DNA of 38,281 nt from a virus (taxonomy: Duplodnaviria > Caudoviricetes): IMG/VR virus record IMGVR_UViG_3300006103_000037, positions 1-38,281 of that record; one strand, 5' to 3'. Positions 24,547 to 32,994 of this stretch are shown piece by piece. The position numbers were made by a program, and so were the translations under genes. Positions within the stretch are counted from its first letter, which is position 1. Each line of letters starts with the position of its first letter. The notes beneath the pieces are model-generated. The model was not told the DNA's origin, made no database searches, and was given only the letters and a program-made list of their open reading frames with translations.

Positions 24547-26375
24547 ATATCATCACGATAGACTTTGAAACATATTACAGTCGGGACTTTAGCTTAACGA
24601 AGTCAACGACTGAGGAGTATGTTCGTTCGGATTTGTTTGAAGTAATAGGCGTATCAGTAAAGGAGAACGATAATGACGCTACATGGTTTAGCGGTAGTCA
24701 CGATGAGGTGGCTGAGTTTTTGCGTGGCTTTGACTGGGCTAATTCTTTTGCTCTTGCCCATAATGCTATGTTTGACGGTGCTATTCTCACTTGGCGGTTT
24801 GATATTAAACCGATGGCTTGGCTTGACACACTTGCAATGGCTCGTGCAACAGACGGTCTTGAAGTTGGAAACTCTCTCGCTAAGTTGGTGGAGCGATACT
24901 CTTTGGGGAGAAAAGGCACAGAAGTTCTTGACGCCCTCGGTAAACGACGTGCAGATTTTAGCAAGCAGGAACTTCACGCTTATGCTGGGTATTGCAAGAA
25001 TGACGTGGAATTAACCTATAAGCTGTTTATGATTCTTGTACAACGCTTTTCTAAATCGGAACTACAACTCATTAGCCTCACGATTAAGATGTTTTCTGAA
25101 CCAACACTTCAGTTAAATACCCCATTGTTAGAGCAACACCTAATGCAAGTGCAGACCAAGAAGGAGAAGCTATTAGAGGCATGCTTAGCTAATAAAGAAA
25201 CACTCATGTCTAACATTAAGCTAGCCGAACTACTTATTACTATGGGTGTAGAACCACCTATGAAAGAAAGTCCGACAACTGGAAAGGTCACCTATGCGTT
25301 TGCCAAAACAGATGAAGAATTCAAAGCCCTTGCAGAACACCCCGACCTCAGAGTCCAAGCGATTGTTGCCGCAAGACTCGGTACTAAGTCGACTCTTGAA
25401 GAAACTCGAACCCAGCGATTTATTAATATCTCGCTTAGAGGTTCTATGCCTGTACCTCTTCGTTATTATGCTGCTCATACGGGGCGTTGGGGCGGTGATG
25501 ACAAGCTTAACCTCCAAAACTTACCTCGTAAGTCTAGCCTCAAAGATTCTATTTCTGCCCCTAAAGGATTTGTTTTAATTGACGCCGACTCCTCACAGAT
25601 TGAGGCTCGTACTGTAGCATGGCTATCAGGACAAAACGATTTAGTCGATGCGTTTGAAAGGAAAGAAGATGTATACAAGATCATGGCGTCTGCTATCTAC
25701 GGCAAGGCGGAAACAGAAATCGACTCGGGCGAAAGGTTCGTGGGGAAGACGACAATCCTTGGTGCGGGTTATGGTATGGGAAGTACTAAATTTGGAATCC
25801 AACTCAAGACTTTTGGCGTGGAAATTGCGGATGAGGAGGCGGCACGCATCATTGCGGTCTATCGACAAACCTATCCCCATATCCCTAGACTTTGGAAAGA
25901 AGCTAATAATTCCTTGGATGCCATCAGACAGGGCAAGACTACGTCGGTTGGTCACCAGCCACAGGCATTATCGGTCACGGCATCAGGTTTCTTATTACCA
26001 TCAGGACTATATCTAAACTACCCTGACTTACAAGAGGGCGATGACGGCTATACATATAAGAGTCGTCGTGGTCGCATTAAGATTTATGGCGGTAAGGTAG
26101 TAGAGAATATCTGTCAGGCTGTGGCTCGTTGCATTATCGGGGAGCAGATGCTTAGGATAGCGAAGAAATACAGAGTAGCATTGACCGTACATGATGCGGT
26201 GATGGCAGTTGTGAAAGAAGAGGAACAAGAGGAGGCTATGCGCTACATAGATGAGTGCTTGAAGTGGCGGCCGGAGTGGGCGAAAACCCTTCCTCTTACT
26301 TGTGAATTGGGTGTAGGTAAAAGCTATGGTGATTGTGGTATTAAGAAACCTATCGAACAATGGGGGTTGAAATGA
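24543..26375 (+). CDS. polA: Family A DNA polymerase with 3'-5' exonuclease
   Basis: Exonuclease IDFET and HNAMFD; TGRW...NLQNLP; motif A DSSQIEAR; motif B RFVGKTTILGAGYG; motif C VHDA. Confidence 0.93.
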   Translation: MNIITIDFETYYSRDFSLTKSTTEEYVRSDLFEVIGVSVKENDNDATWFSGSHDEVAEFLRGFDWANSFALAHNAMFDGAILTWRFDIKPMAWLDTLAMARATDGLEVGNSLAKLVERYSLGRKGTEVLDALGKRRADFSKQELHAYAGYCKNDVELTYKLFMILVQRFSKSELQLISLTIKMFSEPTLQLNTPLLEQHLMQVQTKKEKLLEACLANKETLMSNIKLAELLITMGVEPPMKESPTTGKVTYAFAKTDEEFKALAEHPDLRVQAIVAARLGTKSTLEETRTQRFINISLRGSMPVPLRYYAAHTGRWGGDDKLNLQNLPRKSSLKDSISAPKGFVLIDADSSQIEARTVAWLSGQNDLVDAFERKEDVYKIMASAIYGKAETEIDSGERFVGKTTILGAGYGMGSTKFGIQLKTFGVEIADEEAARIIAVYRQTYPHIPRLWKEANNSLDAIRQGKTTSVGHQPQALSVTASGFLLPSGLYLNYPDLQEGDDGYTYKSRRGRIKIYGGKVVENICQAVARCIIGEQMLRIAKKYRVALTVHDAVMAVVKEEEQEEAMRYIDECLKWRPEWAKTLPLTCELGVGKSYGDCGIKKPIEQWGLK

Positions 26376-26659
26376 ATAATGAACTACCAGCAGAACAATT
26401 AGCTCAATGGTGCGATGAAGCATCACAGGAATATGGTAATAAACCACTTGTGCAAGCAGCCACCATGCTACGCCAGCAACAAGCTGAAATAGAGGCGTTG
26501 AAATATGAAAAGTCTAGCGGTGTTTATGATTTAGAAAAGACACTAACAGATGAGGAAATAATGGATGCCTATGTAGAGCATTGTAAAACTGAAGCTAGTG
26601 GCAAAGGAAATTTAATTGATTTTGCTAGAGCAATACTAAGAAAGGCACAAGAAAAATAA
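26372..26659 (+). CDS. Modular array gene A (M1 variant-M2-M3-M4)
   Basis: ATGA overlap with the polA stop. Confidence 0.8.
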   Translation: MNNELPAEQLAQWCDEASQEYGNKPLVQAATMLRQQQAEIEALKYEKSSGVYDLEKTLTDEEIMDAYVEHCKTEASGKGNLIDFARAILRKAQEK

Positions 26660-26763
26660 TGGACTATGCACTAGGGTTTTTAGCTGGAATGTATTTCACT
26701 ATTTTGTGTATTTGGACACAGTTAGTTGTTAGAGAAAACAAAAGAAAGGCACAAGAGAAATGA
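26659..26763 (+). CDS. Modular array gene B, 34-aa membrane peptide (not in the ORF track)
   Basis: MDYALGFLAGMYFTILCIWTQLVVRENKRKAQEK*. Confidence 0.65.
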   Translation: MDYALGFLAGMYFTILCIWTQLVVRENKRKAQEK

Positions 26764-26936
26764 ACGCTAAAGAAATTGAATTGAAATTGACTTGTCAAAT
26801 AGTTACCTATAACCAACAAGAAATACTAAAGTTGCGTGAAAAATTATATGAAGCCTTTGAAAACTGCACCCATAACATAGTTGATAGGGAAGGCTTAGTA
26901 GGTAATCTACAACTTGAACTGTCTGGCGAACACTAA
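26760..26936 (+). CDS. Modular array gene C, 58 aa (not in the ORF track)
   Basis: MNAKEIELKLTCQ...; the M4 remnant follows out of frame. Confidence 0.6.
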   Translation: MNAKEIELKLTCQIVTYNQQEILKLREKLYEAFENCTHNIVDREGLVGNLQLELSGEH

Positions 26937-26952
26937 GAAAGGCTAATGAGAA

Positions 26953-27186
26953 ATGAACAATGAACCAGTAGCGTGGATGCACAAAACCGCAACAAGCTGG
27001 GTTAGCACTTTTATTCATCCTGAAACTGAACCTGATGAATGGATTCCACTCTACACCCATCCAGCAAAGACACTAACAGATGAGGAAATAGTAGAAGTCT
27101 TTGACAATACTTTTAAGGTGCGTGATTTTGAAGATTACTTTTTAAAGTTTGCTAGAGCAATATTAAGAAAGGCACAAGAGAAATGA
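26953..27186 (+). CDS. Modular array gene D (EPVAW...PLYT, M3-M4)
   Basis: MNNEPVAW...IPLYTHPAKTLTDEEI...FARAILRKAQEK. Confidence 0.8.
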   Translation: MNNEPVAWMHKTATSWVSTFIHPETEPDEWIPLYTHPAKTLTDEEIVEVFDNTFKVRDFEDYFLKFARAILRKAQEK

Positions 27187-27461
27187 ACGCAAATGAACTA
27201 GCTGATGATTTAGATTACGCTTGTACCATATCTGAACCAAGAATCACAATGATGGGTCGTATGCACATGGCAGCCACCATGCTACGCCAGCAACAAGCTG
27301 AAATAGAGGCGTTGAAAAACGGTTTTAATACAACTTGGGCAGGAACTAGTAATTCTGAAATGGCAGAAGTAAGAGCAAGGGCTAATGTTGATGGTCATTC
27401 ATCTATGGAACAGTTGAAATGGTTTGCTAGAGCAATACTAAGAAAGGCACATGGGAAATGA
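27183..27461 (+). CDS. Modular array gene E (M1-M2-M4)
   Basis: Coupled by an ATGA overlap. Confidence 0.8.
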   Translation: MNANELADDLDYACTISEPRITMMGRMHMAATMLRQQQAEIEALKNGFNTTWAGTSNSEMAEVRARANVDGHSSMEQLKWFARAILRKAHGK

Positions 27462-27613
27462 TGGACTCAAAACAAGTAATAGAAGAACTAACTAAAAAAT
27501 TAAACAAACAATTAGCAAAAATGCCTAACGATAAAGCAAGACAAAGGGCATTAGATGATTTAAGCAACCGAATGTTTTGCGGAAAGGTAAAGAAAAAAGA
27601 TGAACGCAAATGA
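27458..27613 (+). CDS. Modular array gene F, 51 aa (not in the ORF track)
   Basis: MMDSKQVIEELTKKLNKQLAKMP...; overlaps both neighbours. Confidence 0.6.
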   Translation: MMDSKQVIEELTKKLNKQLAKMPNDKARQRALDDLSNRMFCGKVKKKDERK

Positions 27614-27878
27614 ACTAGCTAATTTATTGGAAGTAGATAGTTGGTATAAGCTAGTAACTAGAGAAGAAATAGCCACTATGCTACGACAGCAACAAGCTGA
27701 AATAGAAGCGTTGAAAAAGGAAGCCGCACTACAAAGGCTATCTGACTTCACGCAAGAAGCTACAAAGACACTAACAGATGAGGAAATAGAAAAAGTGGCA
27801 CAGGCTTTAATTGATGACTGCTCCTACTGTTCTTTGCATTTTGCTAGAGCAATACTAAAAAAGGCACAAAAAAAATGA
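27600..27878 (+). CDS. Modular array gene G (M1-M2-M3-M4)
   Basis: All four modules present. Confidence 0.8.
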   Translation: MNANELANLLEVDSWYKLVTREEIATMLRQQQAEIEALKKEAALQRLSDFTQEATKTLTDEEIEKVAQALIDDCSYCSLHFARAILKKAQKK

Positions 27879-28066
27879 TTGATTCTATTATGGCAGTAGT
27901 AATAGGATTCTTTGCTGGACTATGTATTCCAAAGCGTAGTAGCTGGGATGAGCAACGCAAAATATATGAGGCTAGGTTACAAGAGCAAGCGAATACTATT
28001 GAATACTATAAAAGATTAACCAAGACTTTAGTTGAAGAGAACACAGAACTTAGGAGAGAGCAATGA
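27875..28066 (+). CDS. Small membrane-anchored coiled-coil protein
   Basis: N-terminal hydrophobic segment; coupled. Confidence 0.7.
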   Translation: MIDSIMAVVIGFFAGLCIPKRSSWDEQRKIYEARLQEQANTIEYYKRLTKTLVEENTELRREQ

Positions 28067-28242
28067 GAGATGGCGGCAAGGGCGATAGACCAAGACCTTT
28101 AGGCGTAGACATGGAACAGTTTGATAAAAGCTGGGACTCTATCTTTGGTAAGAAGGAAGAAAAGAAACCTGAGATAGAACTAGACTTAGAAGTCGATAAT
28201 GATTCACAAGAAGTAACTATTAAGAAAACGTGGGAGTTCTAA
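28063..28242 (+). CDS. 59-aa hypothetical protein (not in the ORF track)
   Basis: AGGAG RBS; MRDGGKGDRPRP...FDKSWDSIFGKK. Confidence 0.7.
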   Translation: MRDGGKGDRPRPLGVDMEQFDKSWDSIFGKKEEKKPEIELDLEVDNDSQEVTIKKTWEF

Positions 28243-28460
28243 TGGGTATTACAGTACAAATCATTAAGGAAAATAAAGATGGATCAGCCAATGCTCAAGT
28301 TAGGTTTGACAAAGAAGGGCTCGAAACGCTCGTGCAATGGGGGCTTGTTGCTATGCTTACCAAAGCAGTTGATGCATACAGAGTTAGACCTGAGGAAGAT
28401 GAGGAAGTTGTGGTTGCCCCTGTTAAAAAACCAAAAAAGAAAGTAGTTAAATCTAAATGA
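28242..28460 (+). CDS. Hypothetical protein
   Basis: TAATG coupling; IKENKDGSA. Confidence 0.7.
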   Translation: MGITVQIIKENKDGSANAQVRFDKEGLETLVQWGLVAMLTKAVDAYRVRPEEDEEVVVAPVKKPKKKVVKSK

Positions 28461-29128
28461 ACTTTACTTGGTCATACTCATCACTTGGTTTATTCCAACA
28501 ATGCCCTAGGAAATACTACCATCTAAGGGTAATCAAGGATATACAAGAGCCTCCTACTGAAGCGATACTCTTTGGTAAGGAAGTGCATCAAGCTGCGGAG
28601 GATTACATAGGTAAGGGGACACCAATCCCTGCGAAATATAAGTTTATCGAACCAGTTCTCCAACTGCTTGAAAAGATGCCCGGAGAAAAGCTAGTGGAGT
28701 ACAAGATGGGCTTGACTAAAAGTTTAGAGGCATGTGATTTCTTCTCTAAAGAAGTTTGGTTCAGAGGTGTAGCAGACTTAATTATTATTGATGGGGATGT
28801 AGCTAGTGTTGTCGACTACAAAACAGGTAAGTCTAGTCAGTACGCCGACACTAAACAGTTAGAGTTAATGGCATTGGCTGTGTTTAAGCACTTCCCGCAA
28901 GTAACTAAAGTAAAAGCAGGACTAGCATTTGTAGTGTGTGAGGATTTTGTTAAGGCTAAGTACAGCGTAGATGATGCGTCATTGTTTTGGTTACGCTGGA
29001 TTGAAGAGACTAGCCGATTAGAAAATGCTTATAAGAATGATGTATGGAACCCTAAACAGAACTTTACATGTAAGAACTACTGCAAGGTATTAACTTGTGA
29101 ACATAACGGAAAAGGGCAATACAGATGA
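28457..29128 (+). CDS. PD-(D/E)XK exonuclease (Cas4/RecB-like)
   Basis: WSYSS...CPRKYY, GVAD...VDYKTGK, QL, C-terminal C..YC....C. Confidence 0.88.
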   Translation: MNFTWSYSSLGLFQQCPRKYYHLRVIKDIQEPPTEAILFGKEVHQAAEDYIGKGTPIPAKYKFIEPVLQLLEKMPGEKLVEYKMGLTKSLEACDFFSKEVWFRGVADLIIIDGDVASVVDYKTGKSSQYADTKQLELMALAVFKHFPQVTKVKAGLAFVVCEDFVKAKYSVDDASLFWLRWIEETSRLENAYKNDVWNPKQNFTCKNYCKVLTCEHNGKGQYR

Positions 29129-29337
29129 GTGATGACAAACTAACCAAAGAACAATGTGATGCGGGGCTAACTATTGAAGGACAGTTAAATGAACGCTTTG
29201 ATGAACTGTTTAGGCAAACATGGAACGCTAGAATTAAACCGTTTGTATTACAAATGATTAACGAAAAGATTGCAGAAGAAGCTATGAAGCTAGGTAAACA
29301 ATTGGGTGAAATACATAGTAAACGAGGCAACCTATGA
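29125..29337 (+). CDS. Hypothetical protein
   Basis: Coupled ORF. Confidence 0.65.
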   Translation: MSDDKLTKEQCDAGLTIEGQLNERFDELFRQTWNARIKPFVLQMINEKIAEEAMKLGKQLGEIHSKRGNL

Positions 29338-29549
29338 ACGACAATGATTTTAGAGATGCTTGTAGTATTTTAGTGTTGCCTGCTTTGATACAGGCTTATG
29401 CAATTATGGGCGTTAAGCTAAATGTAGAAGAGTTATGTGATGGCGCACTTCAATATGCAGTAAAGCTGGCAGAATTAAAAAACCAAGAACCGAAAGAAGA
29501 AGTTGGTATTGTTGCAGCTAAACCTAAGAGGAGAACTAAGAGTGAGTAA
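29334..29549 (+). CDS. Hypothetical protein
   Basis: GAGG RBS; coupled. Confidence 0.7.
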   Translation: MNDNDFRDACSILVLPALIQAYAIMGVKLNVEELCDGALQYAVKLAELKNQEPKEEVGIVAAKPKRRTKSE

Positions 29550-29694
29550 GATAATTATATTTTGGTTTGTTGTTTTGGCGCTAATGCTTTTTACCGTGGT
29601 ATCTTATGCATGTACCGTTCAAGTATTTGTTATTGATGGAAGACATGTAACCTGCACAATATGCCCCGAAACAAACACAACCGTTTGCAATTAG
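29542..29694 (+). CDS. Small secreted Cys-containing peptide
   Basis: GTG start after GAGGAG; signal-peptide-like segment ending in SYA, then CT...CTIC...VCN. Confidence 0.6.
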   Translation: MSKIIIFWFVVLALMLFTVVSYACTVQVFVIDGRHVTCTICPETNTTVCN

Positions 29695-29900
29695 TCGAGA
29701 TAGTAGACGAAGCTTTAAAACATTTACCTATAACCATACCTAAGTTTTCTAACCTAAAGAGTTTTTCTAATGTACCTGATATACGACGAGAACAAAGAAT
29801 TGATGCGAACGGTCTCAAGACAAGAAGAAGCACGGGTAATAGTAAATGGGAGAGCTGGGTGGATATTCAAGCTGGTAAGAACGAAACGCAAAGTAATTGA
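29661..29900 (+). CDS. Hypothetical protein (start uncertain)
   Basis: Fills the gap in the operon; no clear RBS. Confidence 0.4.
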   Translation: MPRNKHNRLQLVEIVDEALKHLPITIPKFSNLKSFSNVPDIRREQRIDANGLKTRRSTGNSKWESWVDIQAGKNETQSN

Positions 29901-29927
29901 TTTATCACTGTTTGAGGAGGCTTTAAT

Positions 29928-30278
29928 ATGAGCGTTGGAGATGTGAATAGTAGCGACAAGGGGTCAGGCGCACGATATAACGATGACAAGGCCGACTTTA
30001 GTTTAATCCCCCTGTGTACGCTAGAAGATGAGGCTAGAGTATGGTCTTACGGTGAGAAAAAATATGCTGCATGGAATTGGGCAAAAGGTATGCCTTGGTC
30101 TGTTCCCTATGCTTGTGCAATGCGACACTTAGCTGCTTGGCAAAAAGGGGAAGATATAGACCCTGAGTCAGGACAAACCCACCTAGCCCATGTGATGTGC
30201 AATATTAGAATGTTGATGCTGTACTCTAAAACGTATCCCGAAGGCGACAACCGCCCTCCTAAAGAATTGATGCCATGA
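29928..30278 (+). CDS. dATP/dGTP diphosphohydrolase N-terminal domain protein (DUF5664-like)
   Basis: RYNDDK..FSLIP...YGEKKYAAWNWAKG...AMRHL.AW..GED.DPESG..HLAH. Confidence 0.85.
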   Translation: MSVGDVNSSDKGSGARYNDDKADFSLIPLCTLEDEARVWSYGEKKYAAWNWAKGMPWSVPYACAMRHLAAWQKGEDIDPESGQTHLAHVMCNIRMLMLYSKTYPEGDNRPPKELMP

Positions 30279-30394
30279 GTTTTACTATCTATCAAGCTGA
30301 TGGCATGAAAGTTATTCAATGGTTCTTTAATATAGATGACCTTATTAAAGCTATGCTTAATAACCCAAAAGATTCTTACCATAGGAACTCATAA
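30275..30394 (+). CDS. 39-aa hypothetical protein (not in the ORF track)
   Basis: Coupled at both ends; MSFTIYQADGMKVIQWFFNIDDLIKAM... Confidence 0.55.
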   Translation: MSFTIYQADGMKVIQWFFNIDDLIKAMLNNPKDSYHRNS

Positions 30395-30720
30395 TGAGCG
30401 AAATTAAAATCACCCAATATAATCCTGATTGGTATCCACCTTGTTTTGCTAGCCAACAACAACACAAAGAGTATATGTTTGCCGTAGTACAAACAGGTAG
30501 GCCTATGGATCCAAATAATTATTGTATGGACTGTACTAGAGGGTATAAAGTTAAGATGCTGCGAGAAAAGAAATGCGAACATCCTGAGACTATTTTTGTA
30601 ACTTGGCGAACTACTTATAAGCAACCCACGGCTGAAGGTAGAGTAGTGTCTACAACCGAAACAGATATGATCGGTATCTCTGATATTAGCAAGTTTTGGA
30701 ACAGCCCTTTATATGATTGA
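30394..30720 (+). CDS. Hypothetical Cys-motif protein
   Basis: PPCF...YCMDCT..Y...M....CEHP. Confidence 0.75.
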   Translation: MSEIKITQYNPDWYPPCFASQQQHKEYMFAVVQTGRPMDPNNYCMDCTRGYKVKMLREKKCEHPETIFVTWRTTYKQPTAEGRVVSTTETDMIGISDISKFWNSPLYD

Positions 30721-31018
30721 TAACCACGAACCAATACCATTTGCAGGCTTAATAGACCTTGAATTAGAAGACTTTATTAGGGAAACCTATGGCGAAGATC
30801 TGCAAAATATGCCAAAATATGTGGTATTAGGGGATGGCGCTGTGTACATCTACCATAAAGAAGGGAACCAATATGCCATATGTCAACAAGCCTCGTCCAT
30901 ACAAGAAGGAATACCAACAGCAGAAGGAGCGTGGGGAACAACCAGCTCGGAATGCTCGGGAACGAGCACGCTATGCGATGGACAAGAAGGGTGTGGACAG
31001 GAAGGGCAAGGATATTGA
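30713..31018 (+). CDS. Hypothetical protein overlapping the HNH gene
   Basis: Plausible N-terminal half; the C-terminal half overlaps the HNH gene. Confidence 0.55.
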   Translation: MIDNHEPIPFAGLIDLELEDFIRETYGEDLQNMPKYVVLGDGAVYIYHKEGNQYAICQQASSIQEGIPTAEGAWGTTSSECSGTSTLCDGQEGCGQEGQGY

Positions 31019-31157
31019 CCATGTTATCCCTCTTTCAAAAGGCGGAACAAACGCCCCCTCAAATCTTAAAGTTAAATCCGCTAGTGCTAACCGCTCATTT
31101 AGCCGAAACTCAGACCACACCATTAAGAAAAACCGACCGAAAAATGGAAAAGCCTGA
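30873..31157 (+). CDS. Small HNH endonuclease
   Basis: MPYVNKPRPYKKEY...KDIDHVIPLSKGG.N...NL...ANRS. Confidence 0.85.
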   Translation: MPYVNKPRPYKKEYQQQKERGEQPARNARERARYAMDKKGVDRKGKDIDHVIPLSKGGTNAPSNLKVKSASANRSFSRNSDHTIKKNRPKNGKA

Positions 31158-32526
31158 CGTATATTCTTGGCCGGGTGTATACCCACCAATGCAGCACCAA
31201 CGTGAGACAGCGATATTTTTAGCAACTAATCAAAGAGCCTTTTGTTTTAACGAGCAAGGCACAGGCAAGACAGCCTCATCTATATGGGCAGCAGATTGCC
31301 TTATGGAGCAAGAGATTATCCGTAGGGTTTTAATTATCTGCCCTCTTTCTATTATGCAGTCAGCGTGGCAAGCAGATTTATTTAAGTTTGCCGTACATAG
31401 AAAAGTAGCCGTAGCTTATGGTGACCGTCTAAAGCGTAGAGCAATCATTGAAAGTGACGCCGACTTCGTTATCATTAATTATGATGGTGTAGAGATTGTT
31501 GCTGATGCTATTGCTAACGGTGGGTTTGACTTAATTATTATTGACGAAGCGAACGCATACAAAACAGTGACCACTCAGCGGTGGAAAACACTTAATAAAC
31601 TTATTACTGAAGACACTTGGTTATGGATGATGACAGGCACACCGGCAGCTCAAAGTCCTACTGATGCTTTCGGATTAGCTAAGATGTGTGTTCCAGGTAA
31701 TGTCCCACGTTTCTTTGGTGCGTTCCGTGATAAGACGATGGTAAACATTACTAAGTTCAAGTGGATACCAAGACCTGATGCTAGTGATGTTGTTTTTAAA
31801 GCCCTACAACCTGCAATTAGATTTACTAAAGAAGATTGCTTAGACCTACCTGAGGTGACCCATGTTTTTAGAGATGCTCCGCTTACTCCGCAACAAGATA
31901 AATACTATAAGCTTCTTAAAAAAGAAATGCTCATGCACGCCGACGGAGAAGAAATCAGCACCGTCAATGCCGCCGTCAATCTTAACAAACTCTTACAGAT
32001 ATCAGGAGGAGCTGTTTATACTGATAGTGGCTCTGTTGTTGAATTCGATGTTACTAATCGCCTTCGTGTTATAACAGAAGTAATTGAAGAGTCAAGCAAT
32101 AAGGTACTTGTCTTTGTCCCATTCACGCATACAATAGAGTTGCTCAGTGCGCATTTGAGAGGGGCAGGTATTGTCTGCGATATCATAAATGGTAACGTTC
32201 CCGTATCTAAGCGAACTGAAATATTTAAAAGATTTCAAGAGACTGAATACCCAAAAGTCCTTTTAATTCAACCACAAGCAGCAGCACATGGTGTTACTCT
32301 AACAGCAGCAGACACTATCATATGGTATTCCCCAGTAACGTCTATAGAAACCTATTTGCAAGCAAACGCACGTATAGATCGACAAGGGCAAAAGAACACA
32401 ATGACTATTGTGCATATTAAGGGTTCTCCCGTAGAAGCAAAATTATATGCAATGCTTCAAACAAAACTAGAAGTCCATGATAAACTGATCGACCTTTATA
32501 ACAATGAAGTTGAAGAAGGGTCTTGA
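31144..32526 (+). CDS. SNF2-family (SF2) helicase
   Basis: EQGTGKT, IIDEA, MTGTP, HGVTLTAA, QANARIDRQGQ. Likely start at 31144. Confidence 0.92.
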   Translation: MEKPDVYSWPGVYPPMQHQRETAIFLATNQRAFCFNEQGTGKTASSIWAADCLMEQEIIRRVLIICPLSIMQSAWQADLFKFAVHRKVAVAYGDRLKRRAIIESDADFVIINYDGVEIVADAIANGGFDLIIIDEANAYKTVTTQRWKTLNKLITEDTWLWMMTGTPAAQSPTDAFGLAKMCVPGNVPRFFGAFRDKTMVNITKFKWIPRPDASDVVFKALQPAIRFTKEDCLDLPEVTHVFRDAPLTPQQDKYYKLLKKEMLMHADGEEISTVNAAVNLNKLLQISGGAVYTDSGSVVEFDVTNRLRVITEVIEESSNKVLVFVPFTHTIELLSAHLRGAGIVCDIINGNVPVSKRTEIFKRFQETEYPKVLLIQPQAAAHGVTLTAADTIIWYSPVTSIETYLQANARIDRQGQKNTMTIVHIKGSPVEAKLYAMLQTKLEVHDKLIDLYNNEVEEGS

Positions 32527-32551
32527 CAAAGTAAATAAGCTGTTGTAGTAT
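32523..32551 (+). promoter_or_regulatory. Sigma70 promoter
   Basis: TTGACA-17 bp-TAGTAT; TTGACAAAGTAAA is identical to the 15104 promoter. Confidence 0.75.
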
Positions 32552-32598
32552 CTATCTAACAGACGTAGAGCTGTGAAAATAAATCTTGAAAGGATAGT

Positions 32599-32994
32599 AT
32601 GGAAGATACAAATTTAGACCAATTAGTTGAAGTCTATATAAAGATACGTGACGCTAAGTCCGAGGCAGCGAAGAAAGCTGCTGAAGTAGAAGCTGAATTT
32701 GATGCGCAGTTAGATACACTTGAGCAGCATATGTTGGAAGCCTGCAAAACTACTGGAGCATCAAGTATTAAAACGCCACATGGCACAATCCTGCAGTCAG
32801 TAAAAACACGGTATTGGACAAATGACTGGGAAAAGTTTTATCAGTTTATGTTTGAGAACCATGTACCTGAGTTGCTTGAGAAACGTATTCAACAAACAAA
32901 CATGAAACAATTTTTAGAAGAAAACCCCGATATCCTACCGCAGGGGCTAAACGTGGATAGGGAACACTCGATAACTGTAAGGAGAAGTAAATGA
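32599..32994 (+). CDS. Conserved replication-module protein
   Basis: YIKIRD coiled coil, SIKTPHGT, DWEKFY, LLEKRI.Q, LPQGL. Confidence 0.8.
   Translation: MEDTNLDQLVEVYIKIRDAKSEAAKKAAEVEAEFDAQLDTLEQHMLEACKTTGASSIKTPHGTILQSVKTRYWTNDWEKFYQFMFENHVPELLEKRIQQTNMKQFLEENPDILPQGLNVDREHSITVRRSK

Larger units (their letters stand above)
26372..27878 (+). repeat. Array of seven small genes built from four reused modules
   Basis: Repeated DNA blocks encode MNANELA, AATMLRQQQAEIEALK, KTLTDEEI and FARAILRKAQEK*. Confidence 0.92.

Noticed and set aside
26372-27878. Array as a diversity-generating retroelement
   Set aside because: No reverse transcriptase, and no template/variable pair with adenine-specific differences; the inserts are unrelated to each other.
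24543-30278. Z-genome (2-aminoadenine) system
   Set aside because: PolA and a diphosphohydrolase are present but no purZ is visible, so it cannot be supported from this window.
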